Source: Mustelus asterias (lineage: Eukaryota). Taken from it: a stretch of DNA of 64,000 nucleotides. The stretch spans positions 49,414,001-49,478,000 of the forward strand of contig NC_135817.1 in NCBI RefSeq assembly GCF_964213995.1. Direction: 5' to 3'. A model generated the notes under the pieces. It searched no databases and was not told the DNA's origin. It saw only the letters and a list, made by a program, of their open reading frames with translations. Every line of letters begins with the position of its first letter. The stretch's first letter is position 1. Of the stretch, positions 1 to 13,449 are shown one piece after another. Both the position numbers and the translations under genes were made by a program.

Positions 1-415
1 TGGATTGCTTTCTTTAGAGCAGAGAAGGCTGAAGGGGGCATGATTGAGGTGTATAAGATTATGAGGGGTATGGACAGGGTGAGTAGGGAGAAGCTGGTCC
101 CTTTGGTTGAGGAACCAATTATGAGGGGGCATAGTTTTAGGGTAAGAGACAGGAGATTCAAAGGGGATTTGAGAAAAAAAAATCACTCAAGAAGGTGGTG
201 GGAATCTGGAATGCACTGCCTGGGAAAGTAGTGGTGACCGGAAACCTTACAACCTTTACAAAATATTTGGATGAGCACTTGAAATATCATAACATTCAAG
301 GATATGGGACAAGTGCAGGAAAATTAGATTAGTACACCTTCAGTGATAGTTATTGTTGGTGCAGACTTGATGGGCCGAAAGGCCTTTTCTGCACTGTATG
401 AATCTATGACGCTAT
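1..415 (+). mobile_element. CR1-type LINE 3' end fragment
   Basis: ORF 40-231 (IEVYKIMRGMDRV...RGHSFRVR) is the typical CR1 ORF2 C-terminus. It is followed by the tail gggccgaa.ggcctt..ctgcactgtatgaatctatg. Confidence 0.85.
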
Positions 416-442
416 AACTCTGATTAACCATGGTTAATCCAT

Positions 443-660
443 CTAACCTACACATCTTGGGACACTAAGGAACAATTTAGTATGGCCAATCGACCTAACC
501 TGCACATCTTTGAAATGTGGGAGGAAACCGGAGCACCCGGAGGAAACCCATGCAGGCACAGGGAGAACCTGCAAGGTCCACACAGTCACCCAAGGCTGGA
601 ATTGAACCCGGGTCCCTAGCACTGTGAGGCAGCAGTGCTGACCACTGTGCTGTGCCACAG
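443..660 (-). mobile_element. HE1/V-SINE copy (tRNA-derived head plus V domain)
   Basis: Minus strand reads gcacagtggtcagcactgctgcctcacagtgctagggacccgggttcaattcc...gggtgctccggtttcctcccaca. Confidence 0.85.
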
Positions 661-2499
661 TGCACCCAAGCTATCCATAGCTATTCTCAACTTTGTTAGG
701 TTTTGTTATCAACTGCAAACTTTATAATACTCCTCTAGTCTAAGTCACAACAAAAAATGAAAAAGGTAATCATCCCAAGACGGATTCTTGGAAAACACCT
801 TTGCAAGCCAGTCTGAAAAATATATGGTGTCACAACACAATGATCATGATATATTTCATATTCTATTCTCTTGTGTAAAAGCAAGTCCTTGGCTCCTTGA
901 CAGCTTATGCTTCATCCTGAGCTTTTAACTTGGCAATTTATGTCAGTGGCAATTTGCCATTGCCTTCCACTCTCGGGCAGGGCAAGGAAGTAAACCCCAA
1001 CTCTAACTCAGCCAGAATGGGAATTGAATCCATGCAGTTGGCATTATTTTGAACCACACCAAATGACGGCCAGTATTTATTGCTCATACCTAATTGCCCT
1101 TGAGAAGATGCTGGCGAAGCTGCCTTGAACTGCTGCAGTCCATGTCAGGTGCCAGTACACCACAGTGCTGTACACAATGCACACTGTAATCCTGCTTCAG
1201 GAAGGGGTAATAGCTCGTATGCTCAATTGGGATAAAGTATGGCTAAGTATGTTGGGTGTGGTCATGCTCTTATTGTTGCTGACCATGGGCTTGTCTGGCT
1301 GAATACTGGACTGCAGATGTGAAGGTCATTGTTGCGTCTTTCCCTGCAACAGGTAATAAGAAAACCAACAAGAAGGCAAATCTGGCAGATATGTCCTTCA
1401 GGACTTAGCCAGCTCAGTTCATAGTGGTGCTACGGAGTCTCACACTTGGTGATGAACATTGTACCTTTGCTATTCTCAGTGCTTCTTCCAAGTGGTATTC
1501 AACATGGAGGAGTATTGATTCTTCAGCTGAGGGAGGGTGGTAGGTGGTCATTCTTAATAGAAACCTAGCCAGTTGGTGAAGTCAAACCAAGACACAGAGC
1601 TTTTCTTTACCATGAAGGTTCAGTCTCATACCTCTCCTCCAACAGCCAGTTATCCCTTATTTATATATGATCAAATTACTGAATTAAACAGTGCCCTTTA
1701 CCTGTGACTCTTAATGATATCAAGAATATATTTAAAAGTAATCAGCTGGAGGTTTCCTTGCTCATTTTTGACTTGCCAACATGAGACTTCATGAGGTCTG
1801 GAATCAATGTTGAGAACCACCAGGGCCAGTCCCTCACCAGGATTAGAACAAAACAAGGATAATTCTCCGATTAATTGTACTCAATTTGATCTTAATCGCA
1901 ATTAAACCCTAAAGCCAAAGGACCAAATCAGAGACCCACTCACAGATAGACAAAGTCAGAGACAGAAAAGGACAACTCCACCCAGCAGTGCCATTAGCAG
2001 ACAGGACATTCCTTTATCCCATTCCCCTGACAATTTGAACCTCCAATGATTAAGAATAGACAAAATACCTCGATGGCCATTCACGCAATTTTTAAGAGAA
2101 CAACCATTGTTAAAAATCTAAAAGCATCAATTAAGTCTGTCTATACGCAATGTAAAATCAAAAGCACAGTGACTTCAGAAGATATAGATCTGAATGTAAG
2201 AAAACTTGTGGAAAAAATAAAATAGCTTTAAGATGGTGTTTTATGAAAAGCTATTTCCATGCTGTGATTTTCTGTTCATTTTATTTTGAATTAAGTGCCT
2301 AGTAAGAAAAGCAATTTCACATGGCACGGACCTGATGGGGCAAACGGCCTCTTCTTGCGCTACAATTTTCAGATCTTTATATTATTATAAACTAATACCC
2401 TACTAAGCAAAGCTATTTCTTATAGCATAGACTTGATGGACTGAATGGACTCCTTCTTTGCTATGATGGCTTTAAGATGCCGTAATATCTAAAAATATT

Positions 2500-3852
2500 G
2501 GCTGGAGTTTTGCAGCTGTTCACACCGGTGGCACCTTCCGGTCCTGCCGATGGCGGATCCTCACTGCGTGGTTCCTTGCGGTGAGGCGTGCATTCAATGG
2601 AAAACCCTGTTGACAATGGCGGAACCAGAAGATGCCACTGCTGACCAATGGCGGCAGGGGTGTAGCCAGGTTCTAAAGTTAGGGAGAGCCAGCACATAAA
2701 AAAGGCGCCCGTGTGATTCTGCACCAAACTGCGGGAGGTTTTTAATTCATAAATCAACATTTATTTATCCGCTGTTTTAATCGCCTGAGGGAATGAAATG
2801 TAAATATCGACGTGCTGCCAGTGTTTTGGGGACATTCCAGCTGGCTTTAGGGGAGGTGGCTGGGGGTTTCTGCCCAATGAAGAGGGTCTGAGCTGCATGA
2901 GGAGCGCTCCACCAATGACCCTCAATCCATGTCCTGGGAGCCTAGTGGGACGGGCATTCAGGAGAGAGACGGAGAGGGATGTAAACTGCGGAGTTAGCGA
3001 AAGGAATAGAAAAGGTTTTAGCCTCAGGCTGTTGCAGTGATTCATGCAGGGCAGAGACTACAATAGTTTGTACATCAGGTGTTGTGAAAGATGAAAAAAA
3101 ACACACTGAGCTCATCCCGGAAATTTCCAGAGCAGGTGGAGTCCCGATCTCTTCAAACTTGGAAAAAGTATTTATGGCAAACTCCACTTTATCCAATACA
3201 TTTCGCCGATTTTTAATAAATCCCTGAAATTGGCCCTTTCAATAATTTGAAATGAAAAAACAATCCATTCCTTTGGCCCAAAGACCATTTCCACCCCAAA
3301 AGCTACAGTCATCCACATAGTTGGATTTCAATGAGATGTATATTCTATTCATCACCTAATAACCTTTCTCCATGAACTGGTGGTAATTCTGTGAGAATGT
3401 CAAGTGGAGGAGACTGTTTTAGATAGGTTCTTTGATAAGTTATTAAATATAATTTTGAACCTGTCTCTTTTAACTCTGTTCCCACATTGTAGGTCGCTGT
3501 TGGGAAGGGAAGTACGTTCATTGTAATGTAACCTCCCGTTCAGATCCCCTGGATCTAATTTCACTCGCGCTGATAGCATTCATCATCAAAATGCTGATAA
3601 AACAAAATTTGCAACTTAAGCCTGACCATAACTGGGCTGAGGAGGAAAGTGAAGGATTACCTGGAGCCTGGCAGCACACATCGCAGATCTGAGGGGCCCA
3701 TGAGGAACACCCCGTTGAAAAGGCGCCACTTTTGAAGAATGTGCTCAGGGGGAGCGGTCGCTCCCCCCTGCTCCCCTCTAGCTACACCACTGAATGGCGG
3801 GGCACCTCCACTGCCGCGAAACACATGGCAGATTGTATGGAAAACCCCACCC
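2500..3852. mobile_element. Harbinger-like MITE split by a hAT insertion
   Basis: Imperfect TIRs ggctggagttttgc / ggaaaaccccaccc, flanked by 3-bp ATT at 2497-2499 and 3853-3855. Confidence 0.55.
2655..3792. mobile_element. Non-autonomous hAT-like DNA transposon (1138 bp)
   Basis: TIRs caggggtgtagccag / ctagctacaccactg match at 13/15. Perfect 8-bp TSD AATGGCGG at 2647-2654 and 3793-3800. Confidence 0.85.
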
Positions 3853-4046
3853 ATTACTTTTCAGTTGTAATGTATCTCTAGATTATAAATCTGTTACACG
3901 CACTGTTGTTGAATAAATCAATTACGTAACAATCACAGCTGAATGAGGAAATAAAAGTAAAGTTAACGTAAGTTGCCTGCCAGTGTCTTCACAGTGGAAG
4001 TAGTGCAAGATAATAGAAAGACAAACAAAGAAATATATTGACTCAC

Positions 4047-4185
4047 CAACGCCATATTTATTCCGGTAATATTCTTTTGTGAATTCATCACAATCACAGA
4101 GGACCATCTTCCGTCCCCAGGCATTTATCACTGTCCCAATCATTAGGTCAGAGTCCTTGTAGAAGTCCTGGTACACATTTCCAGT
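4047..4185 (-). CDS. EFHC2: EFHC2 coding exon 7 (139 nt)
   Basis: tag|ACTGGA...GGCGTTG|gtgagt. Translates TGNVYQDFYKDSDLMIGTVINAWGRKMVLCDCDEFTKEYYRNKYGV, the end of DM10 domain 2. Confidence 0.93.
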
Positions 4186-4292
4186 CTAGAATATTACAAT
4201 TATAGTTGTGCAATTATGTATCAATAATTTAGTGAGTCTTTTTAATTACATTTTAATGAGTAAGTCTTAAAGTGTTATCTTTAGTTGTCTAC

Positions 4293-4400
4293 CTTAAGAC
4301 TATCCAGGATATAGCGGCTTTCACGCCCTGATGGTGCGGTAGTGTTCAATATTGTACGATCTGTAATTTCACCAGGATGATATAACCGATCTGGAACATG
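4293..4400 (-). CDS. EFHC2: EFHC2 coding exon 6 (108 nt)
   Basis: tag|CATGTT...CTTAAG|gtagac. Translates HVPDRLYHPGEITDRTILNTTAPSGRESRYILDSLK; phase 0 at both ends. Confidence 0.88.
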
Positions 4401-5297
4401 CTACCAACAAAAATGGAATACTCAGAAAAATATTAGGGAGAATCCTGCCTTCCTCCTAGTAACAGGCACAGCTCTGACAAAGCTCAGCCATACTAGATTG
4501 TGCGAAGAGTAATGAGCCAGATGTAATGGTGCATCTTTGATTATAACATGATTGAATTTGACGTTATATTTGAGAGGGAGGAGGAGTCATAAAGTTTCAG
4601 GAAGACCATGAAATGGTGATGATGGTGTGCAAAAATCACTCAGGAAGGGAATGTTGCTGTGGAAACATACACTTTTATATGCATGTTGTAATCTGGAGCT
4701 TTGGGTAGCAATGGTAGAGGCTCCAATTTTCTTTCCATCACATTGTTGACCAGGAATCCTTCCAACTCTTACTGCCTGCAACTGACATGTGTTGGAAGGA
4801 TTTGCAAGTTGATAATCAACCTGCTTGACCACATTCTTAATATACCTTGCTTGAACATTAAATCCTGGGATGGGACTTGAACCTGGAGTTTCTGGCTCAA
4901 AGATCTCCCTCTAATATAATGAGGAAACTCTAACCACATGGATATGGGGTGAGGTGGCTGTAGAGAATACATTCCTTAGAGAGGAATAGTCAATGACAGA
5001 CCTACTGACGAATCCCTCACACATAAAGTTGTCAGCGACATCACTTTCTCTGTTTCCTAGATATACTGGATTTATGTTCATCCTTGTCATGAATCTCAAT
5101 ACTGTTTGCTTTTGAACATCTTGAGAATATAGTGTTAATGTTTTTAGTAATCTCTATTCGACCTCAGGCTCTCTCTCCTCTTCCACCCACTCCTTGTGGA
5201 AATATATTTTAGGTTAATGTGGTCTAGTATAATGTTCAAGAAAATAAATTACTTTCAATATGGTAAGAATTGAATAACAACTGTTTTGTATTCATAC

Positions 5298-5549
5298 CTT
5301 TGGTAGTTTGCCTCGGTGGACTAAAACACCAACAGCATCTCTACCTGAATTTGGACGAAGGACCTCCCTGATTTCAATGGTGTCATCTGCCAGAAAATAG
5401 TGCAGGATGAGTTCCCTGAAGTCACCAAACAGATTATCGGAGTCATCCCAGTAACAGTAAAATCGCAGCACATGTGTATCATGGTCCAGGAACTGCTTCA
5501 GTTTGTCAATCTTCTCATATGGACGAAGAGGCTGCATACTTTTTTCCAT
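5298..5549 (-). CDS. EFHC2: EFHC2 coding exon 5 (252 nt)
   Basis: aag|ATGGAA...CCAAAG|gtatga. Translates MEKSMQPLRPYE...LRFYCYWDDS...LHYFLADDTIEI...RGKLPK (DM10 domain 2). Confidence 0.95.
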
Positions 5550-7829
5550 CTTCAAGAAATGCAAAAGGTGCACAAGGAATAATAGCCATCAAGAAAGTCT
5601 ACATGGAGTACTATAATGACATTGCTTTCAAATAAACCTCTTTCACTTTTCAAGATGTGTCAATTCCAAATCATTATTATATACATATACTTTGTAACTA
5701 TGTGCTGACAATAAAATATATCATTGTTATGTTGTTAGTTGTTCAGCAAATAAAACATCAAGCTGCATTGCTCTTCATTTACCGAACACTTCTCTTTTAA
5801 ATTGGAAATATATTTTCCTCCCCTAGAAGTATTGACCCTTTACTAGGCTATAGTTGCAAGATGCTGGACATCCTTTGGTATCTTGATATAAAAGCACTAT
5901 TCATGCATGAGCCTTAACAATAAGTGTCACCAAACTATTTAACAGCTGGAATCACCACAGGGATCACAAACAGGAACATATACCTTGGCCTATTTTCCCC
6001 TTTTCAACCCTGATGCTGAAGCCAGATATTGCACCATGTCAGCATCTAGCTGAGTCCAGCTGTGAAATGGATCCAAGCCAGATGGTGAGGTACAAAACAA
6101 GACGCAGATCTTTTCCTTAATAGGTTTACTCACAGGGTGCAGCATTACAGATCTCTATATCCAACCAACCCAATGTCCCAGGAGACCTTTTTTATATGTG
6201 CTCGGAGTCCTTAATCAAACAATGTCAATCACCTTTGTATCTTTAACAGTGTAATCAATCAACCATTAACACATTTGTCACAAAGAATATGGATGAAAAA
6301 TCCATGCTAATGCAGTCAGTAGTCAGTGTGGGTGAGCTGGTGAAGTTACATAACTACATAAATTCTAAACAGCATGCTGAAGGAAGCAGTATGCTACTGA
6401 CAGATCTAAGCAATGCTACAACCAACAGATCAGATCCAAGTTCTGCAGTCCTACCACATCCACTCAACTATCTACCAACATTTGCCACTAACTGGAGGAG
6501 AGGGTTCCAGAAACATCCCCATCCTCAATGCCCAGCTGAAGCATTTGCAACCATTTTCAGCCCAAAATACAGCAACAATCCAGTAAACCAGTAATAGGAA
6601 GATTTCCCTGACTCCATCTACAATGAGGGAAGGAAGAAATTTGCATTAAAAGCAAACCCACCATTTTGTCCTATTCATTTATGTTTTGTATAAATGAATA
6701 TTTTAAACTCTGAAGTACTAATATAAAAATGGATTAATAACAACTATTCTATATTTTTGGCAATGCAATCAAAGGTAAATAAAGTATTGGAAGTTTGCCA
6801 ATGTGAGATTTTAATCCAGTTTCTTGCCTTCAGTTTAAATTCAGCAGCACAAATTGAATTATTGACCAGATACATATTCAGATGTGTTGTCTGAATAAAT
6901 TATTGAAGTGTTAAAAGCTAATTTTTCAAAAGAAGAAATAGCCAAATTTATTTCAGTATAATCTGCAAGCATACTTGTAAACACAGTTTAATCTGTTTTA
7001 ATAATTAAAAATAATTTTCAACAGATTATTCAAAAATACCATTAACAATAAAAATCTGTTGCTGATTAGTGTTTTTATTGCACTGGTTTCTAAAATTACC
7101 TGGAGACAGTCATTAATGAGAACTGTCCAGATATTTTTAAAGTGTCCATACTCTAGAAAAAATTGCAAATATTTTTAAAGATGTATTTAATTGTATTAAG
7201 ATTGTAAATATATTTCAGTTTTGGACTTACCGAAACAAAGTAATTTTTATTAATGTTTTTACGCTATATAAAGGGAACTAGAAAAATTATAAAACAAATA
7301 TATGTCAAACTATTGAAGAAAGGCAATAACAATGCATAGTGTTGTAGCACCAGTTAGTTTACATGGGCTCAACAAATTTCATTGCACTCTGACATAATTA
7401 GTGCTGGACATTATTATTTGATTAATTTAATTTTTTGGTGATCAGAAGGAAGCAAAGGTTGATTTGCCGAGGCCATTTTATAGAGAATGGAAAAAGTATG
7501 TGATGTACTTACAGACGATATTTAGTGTTTCAAATGTTATATATTGATGTTGAATGTTGGAGGAAAAACAAGCTCTGTAAATGAATATAATTTAATAGAT
7601 TGTTTTTTGTAAAAGGCAGAGAGGTTCTCGTGTCAAATATGTTGTCCACCAGAAGGTAACGTTTGCATTTGATATCCATGTGCCATTAATATGTTTATCA
7701 AGCCAGGAAGACCAGTTTGGATGATGCGATCAATACCGACCTGTGCACCATTTACCCTGGAAACACATCTGTTAGGTGAAGTACGAAATCATGGACTCAC
7801 CCAAGGCCCAGATTTGTCACAAAATTGGG

Positions 7830-8290
7830 GACTTTGGAGGAAAATGTTTTAAGATACAGCATTGCTTCTGATTTGAATAAAAAGTCAGAAGAAGCGCAAG
7901 TAAACACACTTCTTTATTCAGTAGGGCCATTTGTAAATATTGCATGACAGGATATTAATGGATCATCCACCAAATTTGATGAGGTTTTAAAATCATTTGA
8001 CATTTATTCCAACTGTATAATAACAAATAATGTAGGGAGGTAAATTCAATAAGTGAGTCCAAATGCCTGGAGAATCTGTAAATTCCTTCATAAATGATCT
8101 CTACAGGATGGCAGTGGGTGTGCATATCATGGCTTAAAATCTGAACTCATCAGAGACAGAATAGTGGTGAGTGTTCCAGATGATTTACTCTTTGACTTCC
8201 TACAAGTAAAAGATTATTTAATTCTAGGCAAGGCGGACAATTAGAATAGTTAAACTATCTGAGATACGTGAGCAACACAGGACAATCATA
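7830..8290 (+). mobile_element. Degenerate Gypsy LTR-retrotransposon gag relic
   Basis: Broken frames give YSIASDLNKKSEEAQVNTLLYSVG...QMPGESVNSFINDLYR...LKSELIRDRIVV, typical of Gypsy/K02A2.6-like gag. Confidence 0.65.
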
Positions 8291-8941
8291 AAGGCAGAGA
8301 GTACAACACAGGTCATTTATTACAGCCATTGTACACAGCCTTGTGCTGTCCTGTATGTCTTACTTGTTTAATTTCTGTAAATAACCCTGGTTAGTTCATT
8401 CAGAATCTCAGCCCAGCTTAAGTGCGATATGTTGATATTATCTTGTGCCAGAGTGGTTTGGAGTGAAATGAAGCATAGTGACGACCAGCAATGTTGGGTT
8501 CAATGAGTCCAAAAGAGTGCGAGGTCTCTGAACCATACGGTTGCAGATTCTGGCACATAGAAGATGTGAAATCCACTTAGAGGGAAAAGGAGCAAGAAGT
8601 CTTTAAGTTCCATCACTTTGATGGCATCAAGCTGTGAGAAATATCCATCTGTCATAGTTAGAAAAATTGTTTTTAAGTAAATGAAAAGTGAAAAAAATTA
8701 TAAATGTTGAAAATGTAAAACAAAAATCAATTTATAAACCATAGCTTTTATGATGAAATTCATGATATCTCCATCACAAGAAAACACATATAAGTCATGA
8801 AATATTTTGTAGATTATTATAGGATCCAATGGCAATTTCCATTCTGATTTATATTGTTCAGATTAGAATATTATTTCATTGACACATCTGTAGGTTAAAT
8901 TTCCAAATATACTTCCTCTTATACAAAAAAATTGTTCTTAC

Positions 8942-9165
8942 TTCTTCACGCTTTGAAGTGTAAGGATCTTCAGGAATGCAGCCAAGTGGATTCAGTTTGA
9001 CACCCATTTTCCGCAAAAAGTTTTTTGTGAACTGGTCACAGTCGACAATCATAAATGTCTTTGAATAGAAAACAATTTCTTGACAAATATTGAAGTGATC
9101 CACTGTGTAAAACTGATCATCATTTGGAGACGGAAGTGGAATACGGTGACGATGGATTATAGTTC
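8942..9165 (-). CDS. EFHC2: EFHC2 coding exon 4 (224 nt)
   Basis: cag|GAACTATA...GAAGAA|gtaaga. Translates (G)TIIHRHRIPLPSPNDDQFYTVDHFNI...DCDQFTKNFLRKMGV...PEDPY. Confidence 0.95.
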
Positions 9166-9242
9166 CTGAAACAACAGAAAACTTAGAATAAAATGTGTCT
9201 TATCGTTTTCTATCATCCTCTTTTCTAGCTGTTTTTTTTGGT

Positions 9243-9533
9243 TTATTTATTAGTCACAAGTAGGCTTACATTAACACTACAATTAAGTTACTATGAAAGT
9301 CCCCTAGTTGCCACATTCTGGCACCTGTTCAGGTATACTGAGGGAGAATTTAGCCAATGCACCTAACCAACATGTCTTTCGGACTGTGGGAGGAAACTGG
9401 AGCACCCGGAGGAAACCCATGCAGACAGGGAGAGAACGTGCAGATGCCGCGCAGATGGTGACTCAAGCCGGGAATCAAACCAGGGTTTCTGGCGCTGTGA
9501 GGCAGTAGTGCTAACCACTGTGCTATCGTGCCA
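9243..9533 (-). mobile_element. V-SINE copy with alternative 3' tail
   Basis: Same head and V domain as HE1 copies, but the tail is ...gtggcaactaggggactttcatagtaacttaattgtagtgttaatgtaagcctacttgtgactaataataaa. Confidence 0.8.
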
Positions 9534-10761
9534 CATATTTTGGCTCCGATCCTGCTCAGTCTACATTATTTTGGCTCTCGTATCTTAACTCACTTTTAGG
9601 CACAATCTAATTCCCCCTAACTTTGACAGTCTAGCTAAGCTATCAGTACTGTGTGTGGGATAACAAAATAATTGTAGGAATTATTTTAACTCTGTCCACA
9701 TGGTGAGAACAGGATAAGCAAGCAACTAAATCACTGCAGAATATTTACTGCTGCATTCCCGCTGATGTTATCTTGACCATACAGTTCTTTTTCAGGTGAG
9801 GGTCATGAAAACATACAAACCGGGCTGCTGTCATATAATTAACACTCCTGTGCCATTTTAATACAAAATTACAGAAGTCCTGCCTAGTTCCCTGCCTGGC
9901 TGTAATAACAAACGAGATCTATTGGCAGAATGTGACTTTTCCATTTTGCACACCAGCATTCACATGGCCTATCAGATTGAGGTTGGCAATCTTGAGCTGT
10001 AATTCTAGGCCTGGTGGCTCAAAAACCCAATGAGAATGGGCTTTAATGTTGGCCAAATATCATTCATGCAATATTCTTCAAGCCAGCAGGTGGAGAAATT
10101 TTTGATTATCAAGGGTGTGAGGTAGACAGGAATGTGGCGTTGAAGATACAATCAGATCAGCCATGAACTTATTGGATGGCGGAGCAGGCTTGAGGGGCTA
10201 AGTGGCCTACTCCTTCTCCAAACTTTTATATTCAGCTGTTTATGTTCATATTTACCCGATAAGCTAGGGCTAGGATTAAACCTAAGTCATGAGGTGAAGG
10301 GACAGTGGCATCACCAAGTTCCCCCAAAATCTACTTCCCTTCCCATCATCCTCCTCACCATCCATCCAAAACAGAATATCTAGTCATCATCAATTTTCTG
10401 CTTCTGGGAGCTTGCTGTGCAGAAATTGTGTTACAGCAGTAAGTACAATTTGAAAGCACCGTTCTTTGGAACTTCCTGGCACCATGACAGCCGCTTCATA
10501 AATGTAAATTGAATCTTATTTCAGGACTTCCTTTGTTCTGTGCTGAAAATAGCTATTTTGGAGAAGATTTGCCTGCAGTTATTTTATATATAGATGGCCA
10601 GGATTTTGCAGAGTTACCTTTAAAAATATCCTAAATGATCATCCATTTATCCTGAGACTGTGCCCCATGTTCTACAATCCTCAGCCAGTGGAACAACCTC
10701 TCAGTGTCCACAATGTCAGGTCCCTTCAGATGCAAATGATGCAACTCAGTGTGGGGCTGGC

Positions 10762-10810
10762 AGGGGAGGGGGGGGGGGGGGGGGGGGGCAGGGGCGGGGG
10801 GGGGAGGAGG
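10762..10810 (+). repeat. Poly-G tract
   Basis: About 45 nt that are almost entirely G. Confidence 0.9.
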
Positions 10811-11179
10811 TAGAAAAGAGAGAGCTGGCATTAACAAACAGGGTACTTCCTGACTAGCATGAGAGAAAGTGCAATGCACTGGCTGGTGTCCTCTTGCTAA
10901 ACATTTGTCGTTGCATGGGTATTTTACACATTCTTAGAATATTAACTTTCTGTATCACATATACACAATAAATGAATGGAAAGACATGATTTGATGCTGA
11001 ACAATAGGGGGCTATGAAAGAGGGCTTGGCTATTCTCAGGACTGCTATGTCATAGCAGCATTGGGGAAGGGGTGGAGGGTAAAAATGGCTTTTAAATGTA
11101 GTTACTAGATGGGTGCATTTATGGAATCTTAATGAACCTTGTAATCATGGCAGAATCTGGGACAGCAACGTGCAGAATG

Positions 11180-12060
11180 TTCTGTCTCTTCCTCCTTCCT
11201 TTCTTCCCCGGAACCATCCGAGGAGATTCACTTTTCTATGCTTTGTTTCTCCTGTAGGTTCACACCTTGCTGCTGTGCAATGTTGTGCCGAGTGCAGTAC
11301 ATCATCAAGTCTCTGGGCACCGTGGCTGGTATGTACTTAAGGGTACTCCTCCAGATCTATCTAGACACGTGAAGCATATATATGTTCAGCATGCCAACGG
11401 CTTGTCTTGTGACTTTCATTCTATTGTTCCTGGCCTCATTCATCTTGTTTCTGAGAGGTGTCATCCACCATGTTTTATATGGGTAGCCCTTGTCCCTGAA
11501 CAGCCAGCTGGTAAGTCTGCTTCCCAGTGCAAAGCTCTTGGGGAAGGTGGATTGCCGTGGGATGAAAGCATCATAGCTTTCCAGAAATCTGCATAAATAT
11601 CTTTCAACCCTTGTGGCTGATGAAACATTCATGGGTATCTATAGGTGCCTTAATTGTCACGTTATCATATCTTGTACTTTTGAGAAGCCAGCCTGAGCTC
11701 CAAGTGCCTGCTGATTCTGACTGAAACATCGTAGGCAAAGTTAGCATAATTGCTGGCCCTGGCAAAGAAACGATTCGTCACTTGACTTTTGCGTGCCTCC
11801 ATCTGTGAAATGTCTCCTGTAAAGCCCTGGAAGGATCCAGAGTCAAAAGCATTGAGGGTAGTAGTGACTTTGACATCTGCTGAAAAGGTCCAGTTGACAG
11901 CAAGTCTTGCTCCAGTAGGCTGAACATATCTGCCATGACTGAATGCAACACCCTGAACCTTGTTGAACACTGGAGTTCCGACATATTGAGAAAGCTTATT
12001 CTCTACATGTAGACCCTGTGTGTCATGTATGGCTTCCTGCGAGCTGCACTAATATGCAGA
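11180..12060 (-). mobile_element. Degenerate PIF/Harbinger (HARBI1-like) transposase
   Basis: Frameshifted pieces RRKPY..HRVY, VKVTTTLNAFDSGSFQ, CRFLESYDAFIPRQS, WLFRDKGYPYKTWWMTPLRN, YCTRHNIAQQQG and an acidic tail match DDE_Tnp_4 motifs. Confidence 0.8.
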
Positions 12061-13298
12061 TCCCCACTCATGCGGATCTTCAGCTCTGTGAGTATTAGGC
12101 TGTTGCTGACACCACTGCTCTGGCTGCTGTTGGTTCTGACGCTGGACACCTTGGTCCTCTTCTTAAATCCAATGTAGCGCAATGTAAGCGGCACCCTGTC
12201 GCAGATCTGTTGGATCAGGTGCAAGATGTAAAGTAATACTTCAAATCTCCAAAGTGTGTGTAAAATAACCTCTCAACATAAGTACTGTGAACAAACTATT
12301 TTACAGAAGCAGGTAAGAAATCAGCTTTGATCACTAAGCAATGTACTTCCTAACCACTGAAGTTACTGCATATTGGCAGCTGCACAAAAATGTTTTTAGG
12401 GCGCACACACTTAAAAGAATTGGTCGCGCATTCAAAAAACAGATGTCCGTCAGGGTTTCAGCTCCCTCCCAGCTGCTGTGTTTTTGCCTTTCTTTCACTG
12501 GAGAGTTTCAGGAAGCCTGGGAACCCTTGGATCCAAATTTAATGTGCAAATCAAACAAAATCAACATAATTCTAATTGAGTGATTAACATATCTCAATTG
12601 ACAATCTATCATTCCTGAGGTAGTTATTAGCATGCAGTCTAATGCAGAGGTCACTGGGTTACAACTAGCTTCCTGACACATTTAGATTTTTGTTCAATCA
12701 TCAGCACCCAAGCCCATGCACTCACCTATGTTAAAACTGCCCCCACCACCATCCCACGCTTCATTTCCTTCCTTCCCCCCATCCCTGTCACAGATTACTT
12801 ATTTACTACCAACATTTTAAATTATTTGTGAGAAAACTTGGCAAATCTGATTGGAGCTTTGATTTCTTTACCCTTGCTGTTTCAATAAAGTCTTCAGAAA
12901 GCCCTGGAATAAAGGGTAGAGAGTAGATGAAAGCGCAGGATAATAGCAATCAGTTCAATAAGATTCTTGGCTGCAAAAATGCTGCAAGATATTGCACATT
13001 AACCATTCATAGATTGATCGCTGGAAGCATCACATTTGAGTCCAAGGAAGAGGTCTGTGGCACAACTGTATTGCAAATTTATGGCATTTGGAATACATTA
13101 CCTACATAAGGTTGATTTTCTGTTTGCACTCTCAACTCCATATTAGGAGAATGCAAACATATAATCAGTCTGATAATCTCAGCACTGTATATAAGAATCT
13201 GTCAGAATAATTAGAATATTCTAATAATTAGAATAGTAAGTAATATAGTAAAATGAATAATTTAAACCCCAGTTCTTTCTTAAAGAGTGCTACTGTAC

Positions 13299-13449
13299 CT
13301 TGAGTAATGCCACTGTTTTTTACTTCTGGTTCAACAACTTGTATGGTGTCATCTTCCAGATAAAAGTAAATCTTGCATTTTCTTATTCGATACTGCTCTT
13401 CTCTTCTCTCATGAACACTTTCTTGAAAATAGGCTTTAAAACAAAGCAC
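13299..13449 (-). CDS. EFHC2: EFHC2 coding exon 3 (151 nt)
   Basis: tag|GTGCTT...ACTCAAG|gtacag. Translates [12 protein letters not shown]...[25 protein letters not shown] (DM10 domain 1). Confidence 0.95.

Noticed and set aside
1-4046. EFHC2 exon 8 (PPYNGFGSEEDSL-type)
   Set aside because: Not found by eye; it presumably lies outside the window.
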